NCBI GenBank assembly: GCA_029250605.1
Contig: JAQXEZ010000004.1
Span: 35,378 to 99,377, forward strand
Reading direction: 5' to 3'
DNA: 64,000 nt
Origin: Candidatus Thalassarchaeaceae archaeon
Lineage (GTDB): Archaea > Thermoplasmatota > Poseidoniia > Poseidoniales > Thalassarchaeaceae
Part shown: in pieces, positions 28,743 to 37,724 of the stretch
Position numbering within the stretch: position 1 is the first letter of the stretch
Layout of the letters: the number at the start of each line of letters is the position of its first letter
The notes under the pieces: model-generated
What the model was told of the DNA's origin: nothing
What the model saw: only the letters and a program-made list of their open reading frames with translations
The model's database searches: none
Position numbers and translations under genes: made by a program

Positions 28743-30800
28743 GTGCGTATGTCTAGTCAAAGAACAATCGCAACTCTGCTTGTCTCTCTATTGTTGCTAT
28801 CCGGATGCCTAAGTGATGAAGCATCAGAAGGCACGGAAAATGAAGATTGCAGTGTGATGGCCGTGGGGGAAGGCGTGTTCGATGACTGTGTCGAAACAAT
28901 CGAAGAAGAGATCATAGAGGAAGAGGTGATTTCCGTTTCAGGAACAAGTTTCTGCGATAATACCAACCCGGACCATTGCCTTCTGCCATTCCCCTCCTCT
29001 GCATTCCTTGACTCCGATTCAGGAACTGCTACTGGATATAGGTTGGACATCGACGGCCAGGCTATTCCTGACTCTGCTTCTGCTCCATCCGAAGATTTCC
29101 ATATGCTCGATAACAAGGACGGCCACTCCCCATCAACACAGGTTTTTACAACATTTAGTAGCCTTCCAAATATCTCCGGCCTCGCTTCTCAGGACTCCAT
29201 TCACCTGTCTTCCCTCCCAGATCACAATAGTGTTCTGCTCAATATGGACACTGGCCAGATAGAGGAACATTGGGTGGAAATTTCGTCCCGAACACAGGAA
29301 GAAGAGCCTTCTCTCGTCCACGTTCGATCACTCAGGGGGCTTGATCACAACACCCAGTACGCAGTAGCATTCAGAGGCCTGTCAGATGAGAACGGAGATC
29401 CCATCGAACCATTCCCGGGATTCAAGGCATTGAGGGATGGAATTGTCACTGACAACCAACAGATTGAGTCCCTCAGATTAAACTACGAAACTATGTTCAC
29501 CTTGCTCTCCGAGATTGGCTACGAAAGGCAGGTTCTGACTAGTGCGTGGTGGTTTCACACGGCATCAATCCAATCAATTACGGGAGACATAATTTCCATG
29601 AGGGACGATGCAACACAACGTCTAGGAGAAACTGGGATAGGGTGCAATGTAACATCAGTAATTGAGAACTATGCCGAAGACAATACAACCCTCAGGAGAA
29701 TCAGCGGGACCATCACTACTCCTCACTATCTTGAATCGACCTACCCCCCTACTCCCATGACTCGTTCCGAGGATGGAACTCCAAAATTCAACTTCCTGGC
29801 AGAGGTTGTCTTCACTGTGACTATCCCCATGTCGGCCGCAGAGTCCTCACAACCAGCACCACTTGTTGTTCTAGGGCATGGTTTCCTGGGAAATGGCGAG
29901 GGGATGGTCTCCGGATTCAGAGGATGGGCGAATGAATCGGGAGTAGCCACAATCGGAACCGACTTCAAGGGCTGGAGTTCAGACGGGGACTTCGATGCTG
30001 TAACCTTTGGATTGATGAATGTGAACTATCTACAGCATCAGTCTGAGAGACTCCAGCAATCTGTGATCAACCATCTTGCAATGATTACCACAATCAAAGG
30101 AGTCTGTTCCGATATCCCAGAATTCCACCACAACGGGGTAAACCTGGTAGACACTACAGATATCGATTACATGGGAGTCTCACTAGGGGGAATTAGAGGG
30201 CCATCAATGCTGTCCCTAATCCCAGAAATTGACCGTGGAGTGCTTTGGGTGGCAGGGTCATCTTTCGGGTTCATTGCCGAGAGGTCCACCCAGTATACTC
30301 AATTCGAGGAGCTTTTCTCATCCCCTCTTGCTTACGAATCGACGATGGACAGATCCATACTGATTGCATTGATGCAGTCTATGTGGGACACTACTGAACC
30401 AGAAACCTACCTCCCTTTCATTGACGGGGGCTTGGATGGGGAACTGCACCCTTACGAAGTCCTCTACGTGGTTTCAATCAACGACGCCCAAGTTACTACC
30501 CTATCTGCAGACCGTGCCTCAAGGACTTCTGGAATACCGGTTCTCGCCAACTCCACCTATTACCCTCACGGACTGGAGATTGTCGATGCACCGGCTTCGG
30601 GATCAGCCATCGTTTACTTCGATGGCAACTTCCCAGTCGTTCCTTCAGGGAACATACAGGGGCCAATGGCTTACCACTCTCTAGCGCATAATCAGGTGCT
30701 GGGATATGGCCCTGCAGTTGACTTGGCTACTGATTTCCTCTTGAGCGGTCAGATTACAGATACTTGCTCAGGAAAGTGCTACTTCGAAGGGACATGGTAG
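28743..30800 (+). CDS. Secreted lipoprotein, possible alpha/beta-hydrolase
   Basis: 685-aa ORF with the lipobox LLLLSGC. A candidate nucleophile elbow GVSLGG follows VVLGHGFLGNG. No family was firmly recognised. Confidence 0.45.
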   Translation: MRMSSQRTIATLLVSLLLLSGCLSDEASEGTENEDCSVMAVGEGVFDDCVETIEEEIIEEEVISVSGTSFCDNTNPDHCLLPFPSSAFLDSDSGTATGYRLDIDGQAIPDSASAPSEDFHMLDNKDGHSPSTQVFTTFSSLPNISGLASQDSIHLSSLPDHNSVLLNMDTGQIEEHWVEISSRTQEEEPSLVHVRSLRGLDHNTQYAVAFRGLSDENGDPIEPFPGFKALRDGIVTDNQQIESLRLNYETMFTLLSEIGYERQVLTSAWWFHTASIQSITGDIISMRDDATQRLGETGIGCNVTSVIENYAEDNTTLRRISGTITTPHYLESTYPPTPMTRSEDGTPKFNFLAEVVFTVTIPMSAAESSQPAPLVVLGHGFLGNGEGMVSGFRGWANESGVATIGTDFKGWSSDGDFDAVTFGLMNVNYLQHQSERLQQSVINHLAMITTIKGVCSDIPEFHHNGVNLVDTTDIDYMGVSLGGIRGPSMLSLIPEIDRGVLWVAGSSFGFIAERSTQYTQFEELFSSPLAYESTMDRSILIALMQSMWDTTEPETYLPFIDGGLDGELHPYEVLYVVSINDAQVTTLSADRASRTSGIPVLANSTYYPHGLEIVDAPASGSAIVYFDGNFPVVPSGNIQGPMAYHSLAHNQVLGYGPAVDLATDFLLSGQITDTCSGKCYFEGTW

Positions 30801-30809
30801 TCCTGGGGG

Positions 30810-31688
30810 TCAAACCCTCTCCACCTTATCTCCTGATGTCCAGTCGTAGATCCCTCTTCCAGACTTCTTCCCTAGATTGCCCGATTCGACCAGACTTTTC
30901 AGAAGTGGGTGGGGCCTGTATGAATCGTCCTGGAATGCCTCAGCCAAGCTGTTCAGGATATCCATTCTGACATCAAGGCCAACTAGATCTGACAATTCCA
31001 GAGGTCCCATTGGATGCCTGTATCCCAGGCGCATCGCAGTGTCAATGTCACTTGCAGATGCCACACCCTCGGCAAGCATCCTAATCGCCTCATTACCCAG
31101 AACAACGCCAAGCCTGCTCGTTGCGAATCCCGGTACGTCACTGACAAGTATGGTGGTCTTACCCATCGCCTCACCTACTTCCTTTGCAACAGACACGGTA
31201 CGTTCGTCGACTGCTTCGTGACGCACGATCTCCAGGAGTTGCATCAATGGTACTGGATTGAAGAAATGCATCCCTATCACTCTCTCGGGACAACTAGTGT
31301 GTGCAGCAATCTCAGAAATTGGCAGACCAGATGTGTTGGTGGCGAGAATCGCATTTGGAGGTGCTAAGCCCTCTAACTCTTCGAAAATTGACCTCTTCAG
31401 TTCCATCTTCTCTGGCACTGCTTCTATTACAATATCCGAGTCCCTCACCGCTTCTGACATCTCTCTGGTCGCAATGAGGTTGGCCGACCACTCTTCCTTC
31501 TGTCGAGAGGTAGTCTTGCCCTTGGATATCCCCTTCTCCCAGAACTTTTCTATATTCTCCACTCCTCTCTCCAGGGACTCGGAAAATGCATCGAAGAGAC
31601 TGGTCTCCCAACCAGTCTGGGCACAGACTTGGGCTATTCCAGAACCCATCGTCCCTGCTCCGATTACAGCAACCCTGCGTATTGTCAT
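30810..31688 (-). CDS. 3-hydroxyacyl-CoA (3-hydroxybutyryl-CoA) dehydrogenase
   Basis: Rossmann motif VAVIGAGTMGSGIAQ immediately after the ATG at 31688, then NTSGLPISE and HFFNPVP. The ORF-track start at 31784 adds an implausible 32-aa leader. Confidence 0.9.
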   Translation of the reverse strand: MTIRRVAVIGAGTMGSGIAQVCAQTGWETSLFDAFSESLERGVENIEKFWEKGISKGKTTSRQKEEWSANLIATREMSEAVRDSDIVIEAVPEKMELKRSIFEELEGLAPPNAILATNTSGLPISEIAAHTSCPERVIGMHFFNPVPLMQLLEIVRHEAVDERTVSVAKEVGEAMGKTTILVSDVPGFATSRLGVVLGNEAIRMLAEGVASASDIDTAMRLGYRHPMGPLELSDLVGLDVRMDILNSLAEAFQDDSYRPHPLLKSLVESGNLGKKSGRGIYDWTSGDKVERV

Positions 31689-31722
31689 GAGTGTCGGATG
31701 GTCTGCTGGGAAATAAGAAGTG

Positions 31723-32292
31723 CTAACTCTCACGTCCATATGCTGCCAGAGCAGACTGGAACAGCCTCTGCCGAGGCACGTCATGCTCTAAGAAGCAAGT
31801 GAAGGGGGCTACGTCCTTCAGAAGCTCGATTGAAGAGACGTACGCTCCGTAGACGAATGGGTCTGCCTCCTTCATCTCTGGGATATCTATCCCAAGCTTC
31901 CCCAGGCCCTTTCTGGTGTCATCGTCCCATATGGAGTATGTATGATGAGTAAAATGTAGGTATGCGGAGAGCCTTCGCATGTCAGATCTAGCCTTGTCGG
32001 TCAGGCTCTCGATCAGCAGAGTGTCGGGATAGCGAATCGCATACAGCGATAGGAGGACTTCTCGTTGCGTCTCGGCCCTCCATGCTCGCGCTTCAAGGCC
32101 CATCCATCGGTCAATCATGTCAAGCATTTCTGGGTTGTATGGTCTATAGATACGGTAGAGCAGGTTCTCGTATCCGTTCGGGTCCTGTTCCTCTGAGTGG
32201 TGATGCTCGTGGAATAGATCGGTCAGCCTGTCGAAGAATGGCCGACAGAGGTCCTTGTCGAAAAGGGATAGAGCGACGTGCTGCATGGGCAT
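31723..32292 (-). CDS. Hypothetical His-rich protein inside the oxygenase operon
   Basis: 189-aa ORF lying 10 nt downstream of the diiron oxygenase gene on the same strand. It contains FHEHHHSEE and HFTHHTYS. No family was recognised. Confidence 0.45.
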   Translation of the reverse strand: MPMQHVALSLFDKDLCRPFFDRLTDLFHEHHHSEEQDPNGYENLLYRIYRPYNPEMLDMIDRWMGLEARAWRAETQREVLLSLYAIRYPDTLLIESLTDKARSDMRRLSAYLHFTHHTYSIWDDDTRKGLGKLGIDIPEMKEADPFVYGAYVSSIELLKDVAPFTCFLEHDVPRQRLFQSALAAYGRES

Positions 32293-32302
32293 TCCTCCGT
32301 GA

Positions 32303-33457
32303 CTAGTTGTCCTTCCACTCTCTGTACTGGATCCATTCCTGCTTCAAGTAGTCGTTAAGCAGCCTTTCCTCGTCTTCGTCTGTCGGAAGGACTGTCGTTA
32401 GGTAGTCCTTCCACTCTTGGTCACTTCCATCGAAAGGCTCTCCCTCTACTGTGAAATTCTTCCCAGCGTACTTCCCGATGCCTCTTTTGAATTTGTCCGA
32501 GGGGATGAATAGCTCTGGCTCGCCTTCCTTGCGGGCTTTGCTGATCCTCCTCATCTCCTCACTCAGTTCTTGGAAGTATAGGTCCCTGCTAGCCTCGTTG
32601 AGGTGATCCCTGTCTGCAGAATCAGTCGCTTCCCTCTCGTCATAACGGCCCTTTATCCCATAGACGTAGGCCCATTGTGCGCTGGTCGAGTCATCGGTCC
32701 CGAACAAGTCAAGTCCTGTGCTGACCCATTTGTTTACGTATTTCTGGACAAGAGCACAGGGGATGACGCCCTGCTTCACTATCCTCCTGAGGCCATTGGC
32801 CCCTGTACCTAGGTGGAACGACTCCTCCTTGAGCATTGGACCCATGCTGGCTGCAAGCGGTTTGAAAGAGGAAGTACTGAGCATCTTCAACTGATACTTC
32901 CCATCTCTGTCAATGAAGTGTGTGAACATGAAGAAGTCCAGCCAGTGGTCTATTGGCTCGTTGAAAGACCCCAGGATCCTCGTCCCCTCCTGTGCGTTTC
33001 TCTCTAGGAGCTTCGCGGCCTCTCTGACTCCCTGTTCTCCGAAGAATGTGCAAAGTAGGTAGGCCATTTGCCATCCATGCCTCTGTTCTTCACACATGAT
33101 TCTGAGTGCAGACTTCTTGTCGTACTCAGTTGGCGCTGTTTCCAGAAGATGATTCTGCTGCTCGACGCTAGCAAACTCAGTGTCACCTTGGACACTAACC
33201 ATGGTGATTATCGCATCCATGATGTTCTGTTGGGGGATTTGCATCCTCCGATCCCACTTAGGCATGCCTTCGAAATCACCGAACTCTATCTCATTGCCCG
33301 CGGTGTCCCAGTCGAACTTTATGTCGAATCTGTAGTCTCCCAGCCAAGAGGGATCGAATCCAATCCTCGTCTGCCAGTCATTGAATTCTTCAATCCATGT
33401 CTCAAAGTTCGTCGGGTAACTCTCTACTACCTCGGTATCAGCCATTGAGCATCCCAA
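32303..33457 (-). CDS. Ferritin-like diiron oxygenase of the PaaA/BoxB (acyl-CoA ring epoxidase) family
   Basis: 384-aa ORF with two ExxH-type motifs, MCEEQRHGWQM and MLKEESFHLGTG. They match the paired QDEAGHG / CKEESFHQRQG motifs I recall from E. coli PaaA. Confidence 0.6.
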   Translation of the reverse strand: MGCSMADTEVVESYPTNFETWIEEFNDWQTRIGFDPSWLGDYRFDIKFDWDTAGNEIEFGDFEGMPKWDRRMQIPQQNIMDAIITMVSVQGDTEFASVEQQNHLLETAPTEYDKKSALRIMCEEQRHGWQMAYLLCTFFGEQGVREAAKLLERNAQEGTRILGSFNEPIDHWLDFFMFTHFIDRDGKYQLKMLSTSSFKPLAASMGPMLKEESFHLGTGANGLRRIVKQGVIPCALVQKYVNKWVSTGLDLFGTDDSTSAQWAYVYGIKGRYDEREATDSADRDHLNEASRDLYFQELSEEMRRISKARKEGEPELFIPSDKFKRGIGKYAGKNFTVEGEPFDGSDQEWKDYLTTVLPTDEDEERLLNDYLKQEWIQYREWKDN

Positions 33458-33509
33458 TACAAACGGGTATTTCAGCGATTGCTTCTCTCAATTACGAAGC
33501 GTTCCCGGG

Positions 33510-34403
33510 CTACTTTCCTTCGAACCTAGGTGTCTGCTTGTCTACGTAGGCCTTGATTCCAGTCTTCGCATCATCCGACTGGAATAAGTCAGACTGCAAT
33601 TCCCGCTCCAAAGCCAGATGATACTCCAGTGGAATCTCGAGCCCGCTCTGTACGCTGCGCTTGATGTTACCGATAGCCTTTGCAGCAGCGAATGGTAGTG
33701 TGAAGCGGCTCGAGTAGTCAAGGACGTCCTGGTGGAACTCCTCCAGAGTCATGCTATCATAGACGTCATGAACCAAATCCATGTCCTTCGCTTCTTCGAA
33801 GGAGAACTTCCTACCAGTCACCATAATTTCCATTGACTTCGCCTTTCCGACAAGTCGTGAAAGCCTAGCCGTACCACCGGTTCCCGCTAGAACACCTAGG
33901 GATACCTCGGGTAGTCCGACCTGGAAGTTGCCCTTCCTAGCAATCCTGATGTCTGCAGCCATGGCGATTTCCAAGCCTCCTCCTACGGTGTGTCCATTCA
34001 GAGCGGCAATGACTATCTTTGGCGTTTGTTCCAATCTCGAAAGAGTCTCGTTGGCATGTAGGCAGAAGAAATACTTGTATCGAGGGGTGAGTTTGTTCAG
34101 ATACTTGATGCTAGCCCCGGCAGAAAAGAACTTCTCTCCATGGCCAGTAAGAAGAATAACTGAGACATCATCATCGAACCTAGCGCTCAGGATAGCATCA
34201 TCAATGTCATGCCACATCTCCCTAGTGTAGGTGTTTACCGCTGTTCTATCTCCCTCCAAGGGCTCCCCGTCAGAGTCAGAAACCAATTCTATTATCGCTA
34301 CCCCGTTTTCTGTTACCCCGTAGTTTACGAGGCGGTTTTTCATGGGCTTTAACTCGGGCCATGTTGTCATACTCACACGACCGAGTTCCGCCATATCAAC
34401 CAA
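33510..34403 (-). CDS. Enoyl-CoA hydratase/isomerase (crotonase) family
   Basis: 297-aa ORF with FFSAGASIKYL, LNGHTVGGGLEIAMAADIRIA and GLPEVSLGVLAGTGGTARL. Confidence 0.85.
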   Translation of the reverse strand: MVDMAELGRVSMTTWPELKPMKNRLVNYGVTENGVAIIELVSDSDGEPLEGDRTAVNTYTREMWHDIDDAILSARFDDDVSVILLTGHGEKFFSAGASIKYLNKLTPRYKYFFCLHANETLSRLEQTPKIVIAALNGHTVGGGLEIAMAADIRIARKGNFQVGLPEVSLGVLAGTGGTARLSRLVGKAKSMEIMVTGRKFSFEEAKDMDLVHDVYDSMTLEEFHQDVLDYSSRFTLPFAAAKAIGNIKRSVQSGLEIPLEYHLALERELQSDLFQSDDAKTGIKAYVDKQTPRFEGK

Positions 34404-34420
34404 ACGGAGGACGAACTAGG

Positions 34421-35659
34421 CTAATCATCCGACTCTTTGAACGAAAGCGCCCCACCGTCTTTCCTGACCGATTTCCACTCTTCACGAATTTCTTTTGCCC
34501 TTTCGCTGGACTCCCAAATATCTCTGTTGAGAGGTTTCCTGAATGGCATCCTGTGGACGACCCTACCATCCGAGAGGACTTTTCTCCTTAGCATCCCAAT
34601 TTTCACAACTGGCCAAAGTGCTCTTCGAATCAGACCCGGTTTGTACAGCCAACGCATGAAACTCAAACCATCACCCTTCCTTTTCTGATCCCTCATCCAT
34701 CGATTCGCCACAATTTTGAACCCCCTGTCTCCGACCCTATTCATCAGGAATCGATTTATCGCACTGGCTCTAACTAATGGGACTAGGCGCTTCCTGACTT
34801 CTTTCTCGTAATCGAACTCACCTAGTATGGCTTTGGCGGAAAGCACCCCGCTCGTGATTGCGTACCTCATTCCAAAACCCCACATGAAGTCTTGCAATCC
34901 CCCAGCCTCGCCTACGTAGAACCTTCCTTCGTGTTCGTATTTGGTCGGTAGCCCAAAGTCCCCCTTACCACCGACCCTCTTGAGTGGTTTCCTATTCAGA
35001 TCGTAGTTCTCCTCGTACCAAGCTATTGTTTCGTCAAGATAACGCCCGCTATTCCTCTGCTTCCTCCAGAGGCATGTGCAAATCAGACCTATGCCGTCGA
35101 TGATGATCAAGTAAGAATACGCCCCTGGGGCCAATTTGTCGTTAAGTTGGAATGCCACAATGTTTTGATGCGACGTCTCAAAGATCTCCCCGTAAGCGAC
35201 TGCACTGGATTCTTTGGGCCCAGCAGCAACAATGTCGCATTCTTCGGGCGCCTTTCTGGTACCATAGTGGATGTTAACCCCCGCTTCCAGAGCCATCCTC
35301 TTGAATCCCTGATCTATTGTATGACTGGAGGTCCCCCTCTCTACCACTCTGAAAGCCACACCCTCTGTTTCTGGATGTGTGATCACATCATCTGGATGGA
35401 TGAGGTCGATTATCCCAAATGCATCAGATTTGAACTCGTTTGCGTCAAAACCCCATTCGGCCAATTCGTCAAAGAAGTCTACCTCACTAGTCCAATTCTC
35501 TATTCCCTGGAAGTCACCATCAAATCTAGCCCCGCTATCCTTCCTAATCTCATGAACGTGAACCTCTTTTCCGGATCGGGCTAATATTGTTGCAGCCGCC
35601 AATCCAGATAGTCCAGCCCCCAGGACATGCACTTCATCGTTCACAATATTGCGAATCAT
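34421..35659 (-). CDS. FAD-dependent oxidoreductase (geranylgeranyl reductase / flavin monooxygenase-like)
   Basis: Dinucleotide-binding motif VHVLGAGLSGLAAATILARSGKEVHVHE right after the ATG at 35659. The 99-aa upstream extension of the ORF track overlaps moaE, so I dropped it. Confidence 0.7.
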   Translation of the reverse strand: MIRNIVNDEVHVLGAGLSGLAAATILARSGKEVHVHEIRKDSGARFDGDFQGIENWTSEVDFFDELAEWGFDANEFKSDAFGIIDLIHPDDVITHPETEGVAFRVVERGTSSHTIDQGFKRMALEAGVNIHYGTRKAPEECDIVAAGPKESSAVAYGEIFETSHQNIVAFQLNDKLAPGAYSYLIIIDGIGLICTCLWRKQRNSGRYLDETIAWYEENYDLNRKPLKRVGGKGDFGLPTKYEHEGRFYVGEAGGLQDFMWGFGMRYAITSGVLSAKAILGEFDYEKEVRKRLVPLVRASAINRFLMNRVGDRGFKIVANRWMRDQKRKGDGLSFMRWLYKPGLIRRALWPVVKIGMLRRKVLSDGRVVHRMPFRKPLNRDIWESSERAKEIREEWKSVRKDGGALSFKESDD

Positions 35660-35720
35660 GACGTTCGCTTGAACAGTTGGGTCATCCGTCGATTTCAAGC
35701 GAGAAATCTCATGGGGCACT

Positions 35721-36140
35721 GTGACCGTGCATATCGAGGTAGCCAGAAGACCTCTCGACGTCGCTAAACTGAGAGGCCTAGTTGACACGCAAGGATGTGG
35801 CAGCATAGTTAGTTTCGTCGGAGTTACTAGAGGCATGGAAGAAGGCTTCTCAGTGAAGAGCCTCGAATTTGACGCATGGGGGGACAGACTACCGGATGTG
35901 CTTCGCAGCATAGCCAACCAATCGATAACTGAGTTTGGGGTAAAATCAGTTGTCATTGCTCATCGGATTGGTTCAGTTGAACCCAGTGAGGACATTGTCT
36001 GCATCCATGTGGGCTCCGCTCACAGGGAGGAGGGTTTCTCTGCATGCTCCTGGCTAATTTCTGAATTGAAGAAGCAAGCCCCACTTTGGAAGAAGGAGAT
36101 TAGAGAGGACGGGGAATTTTGGAAGGCAGGCCTGGGTTGA
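35721..36140 (+). CDS. moaE: Molybdopterin synthase catalytic subunit
   Basis: 139-aa ORF with the MoaE pattern: HRIGSVEPSEDIVCIHVGSAHREEGFSACSWLISELKKQAPLWKKE. GTG start. Confidence 0.8.
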   Translation: MTVHIEVARRPLDVAKLRGLVDTQGCGSIVSFVGVTRGMEEGFSVKSLEFDAWGDRLPDVLRSIANQSITEFGVKSVVIAHRIGSVEPSEDIVCIHVGSAHREEGFSACSWLISELKKQAPLWKKEIREDGEFWKAGLG

Positions 36141-36670
36141 TCGGGCAAAAACTCCAACGTCCTCTTTCCGAGCCTCTGAATAGGGATTGCCTCATCCGAG
36201 ACTTGTATAACGGCAGAGGTGACATAGTGGGGATAGTGGATGTTGGATCAAAGCCGATTTTAGAGAGAGAAGCTACGGCTACTGGTTTCATTCGCCTATC
36301 GAAGGAGTCCATCGACTCTGTTATCACTGGAAATTCCCCCAAGGGTGACGTTCGGGGAGCATCTACAATATCTGCAATTCAGGCTGTCAAGGAGACGCCT
36401 CGCACACTTCCCCATTGCCACCCGATTCCAATCGAGGGTTGCAATGTTGAATGGGGGGTGCTTGAGGGGGAACTGCATTGCACAGTGACTGTTCGGACGC
36501 ATTGGACAACGGGAGTTGAAATGGAGGCTCTCTGTGGGGTTAGTGCTGGATTACTTTGTGCATGGGATATGCTGAAACCCATTGAGAAGGATGAAGATGG
36601 CCAGTATCCAACTCTCTCAATTGAGGGAATTAGAGTACTGCGAAAGAAGAAGTCACACCCACAGGGTTGA
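36119..36670 (+). CDS. moaC: Cyclic pyranopterin monophosphate synthase
   Basis: MoaC motifs IVDVGSK, KGDV...AIQAVKET and LPHCHPIP. The true start is probably later, at TTG 36206 or GTG 36230. Confidence 0.85.
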   Translation: MEGRPGLIGQKLQRPLSEPLNRDCLIRDLYNGRGDIVGIVDVGSKPILEREATATGFIRLSKESIDSVITGNSPKGDVRGASTISAIQAVKETPRTLPHCHPIPIEGCNVEWGVLEGELHCTVTVRTHWTTGVEMEALCGVSAGLLCAWDMLKPIEKDEDGQYPTLSIEGIRVLRKKKSHPQG

Positions 36671-36694
36671 TTTCCCGAACCCCTTCACACGGGC

Positions 36695-37642
36695 ATGCCT
36701 ACCGCTGATTTGATTCCGGAATTTCTGAAGGCTACTGAAGCAGCAGCAATTGCCGCCTCAAAATGGAAGGGAATGGGCGATGGGAAGGCTGCTGATGGAG
36801 CAGCGGTGGAAGCAATGCGGGAAGTCTTTGATTCGGTACCATTTGATGGGCGGGTCGCAATCGGAGAGGGAGAGCGCGACGATGCCCCCATGCTTTGGAT
36901 AGGGGAGCCTCTAGGTTCGAAGCAGGGCGATCCAAATGCCCCATCTATCGACATTGCAGTAGACCCTCTCGAATGCACAAATCATGTAGCTTCTGACCTG
37001 CCAAATGCGATGGCCGTTCTTGCTGCAGGGCCAAGAGGGACACTTCTCCATGCTCCTGACTGCTATATGGATAAGATTGCAGGACCAGCAGAAATCTCAG
37101 GCGTAACTAGTCTGGAAGCGGATGTCGATTACAACATAGAGGGTGCCTCAAACGCACTAGGAAAGAGACCTGACGAGATGAAAGTTGTAGTAATGGATAG
37201 ACCCAGGCACGATGAACTAATTAGGGACTTGAAGCGTCTTGGAATCAATCCAATATTAATCGGGGACGGCGACATTGCTGCTGCGCTAAATGCAGCAGAT
37301 CCAAATTCGGAAATAGACATGCTAATGGGAATCGGAGCCGCGCCAGAAGGGGTGATTACTGCCACAGCATTGAGGGGGCTGGGGGCTTCATTCGAAGGCC
37401 GTTTAGTTTTCAAGAATGAAGGCCATAGGGATAGGGCAGAGAAAATGATCGACGGGGATATTGAGAGAATATGGGCTCGAGATGAATTATGCTCCTCCGA
37501 CGATTCGGTTTTCATTGGAACCGGTGTTTGTGATGGTAGGACAAAGGGAGTGGAAGATATCGGAGATGGCGGTCACAGAGTATCTTCGGAGGTAATCGAC
37601 GTCCTTTCAAAAAATCACTACATTTCTTCAAAAATTGTTTAG
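36695..37642 (+). CDS. glpX: Fructose-1,6-bisphosphatase class II
   Basis: 315-aa ORF with a GlpX-like N-terminus (ATEAAAIAASKWKGMGDGKAADGAAVEAMR) plus DPLECTN and GIGAAPEGV. Confidence 0.85.
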   Translation: MPTADLIPEFLKATEAAAIAASKWKGMGDGKAADGAAVEAMREVFDSVPFDGRVAIGEGERDDAPMLWIGEPLGSKQGDPNAPSIDIAVDPLECTNHVASDLPNAMAVLAAGPRGTLLHAPDCYMDKIAGPAEISGVTSLEADVDYNIEGASNALGKRPDEMKVVVMDRPRHDELIRDLKRLGINPILIGDGDIAAALNAADPNSEIDMLMGIGAAPEGVITATALRGLGASFEGRLVFKNEGHRDRAEKMIDGDIERIWARDELCSSDDSVFIGTGVCDGRTKGVEDIGDGGHRVSSEVIDVLSKNHYISSKIV

Positions 37643-37724
37643 TCTGAAATTCTAATCTAGGAAAATATCCACGATGACGATGGTTTCTTTTCTCAGAACG
37701 TTTTCCACATAGCCGGGGAAACGG

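Noticed and set aside
35660-35956. 99-aa N-terminal extension of the FAD oxidoreductase ORF
   Set aside because: It overlaps the moaE coding region on the other strand and precedes the Rossmann motif by an implausible distance. The ATG at 35659 places the GxGxxG motif at the N-terminus as expected.
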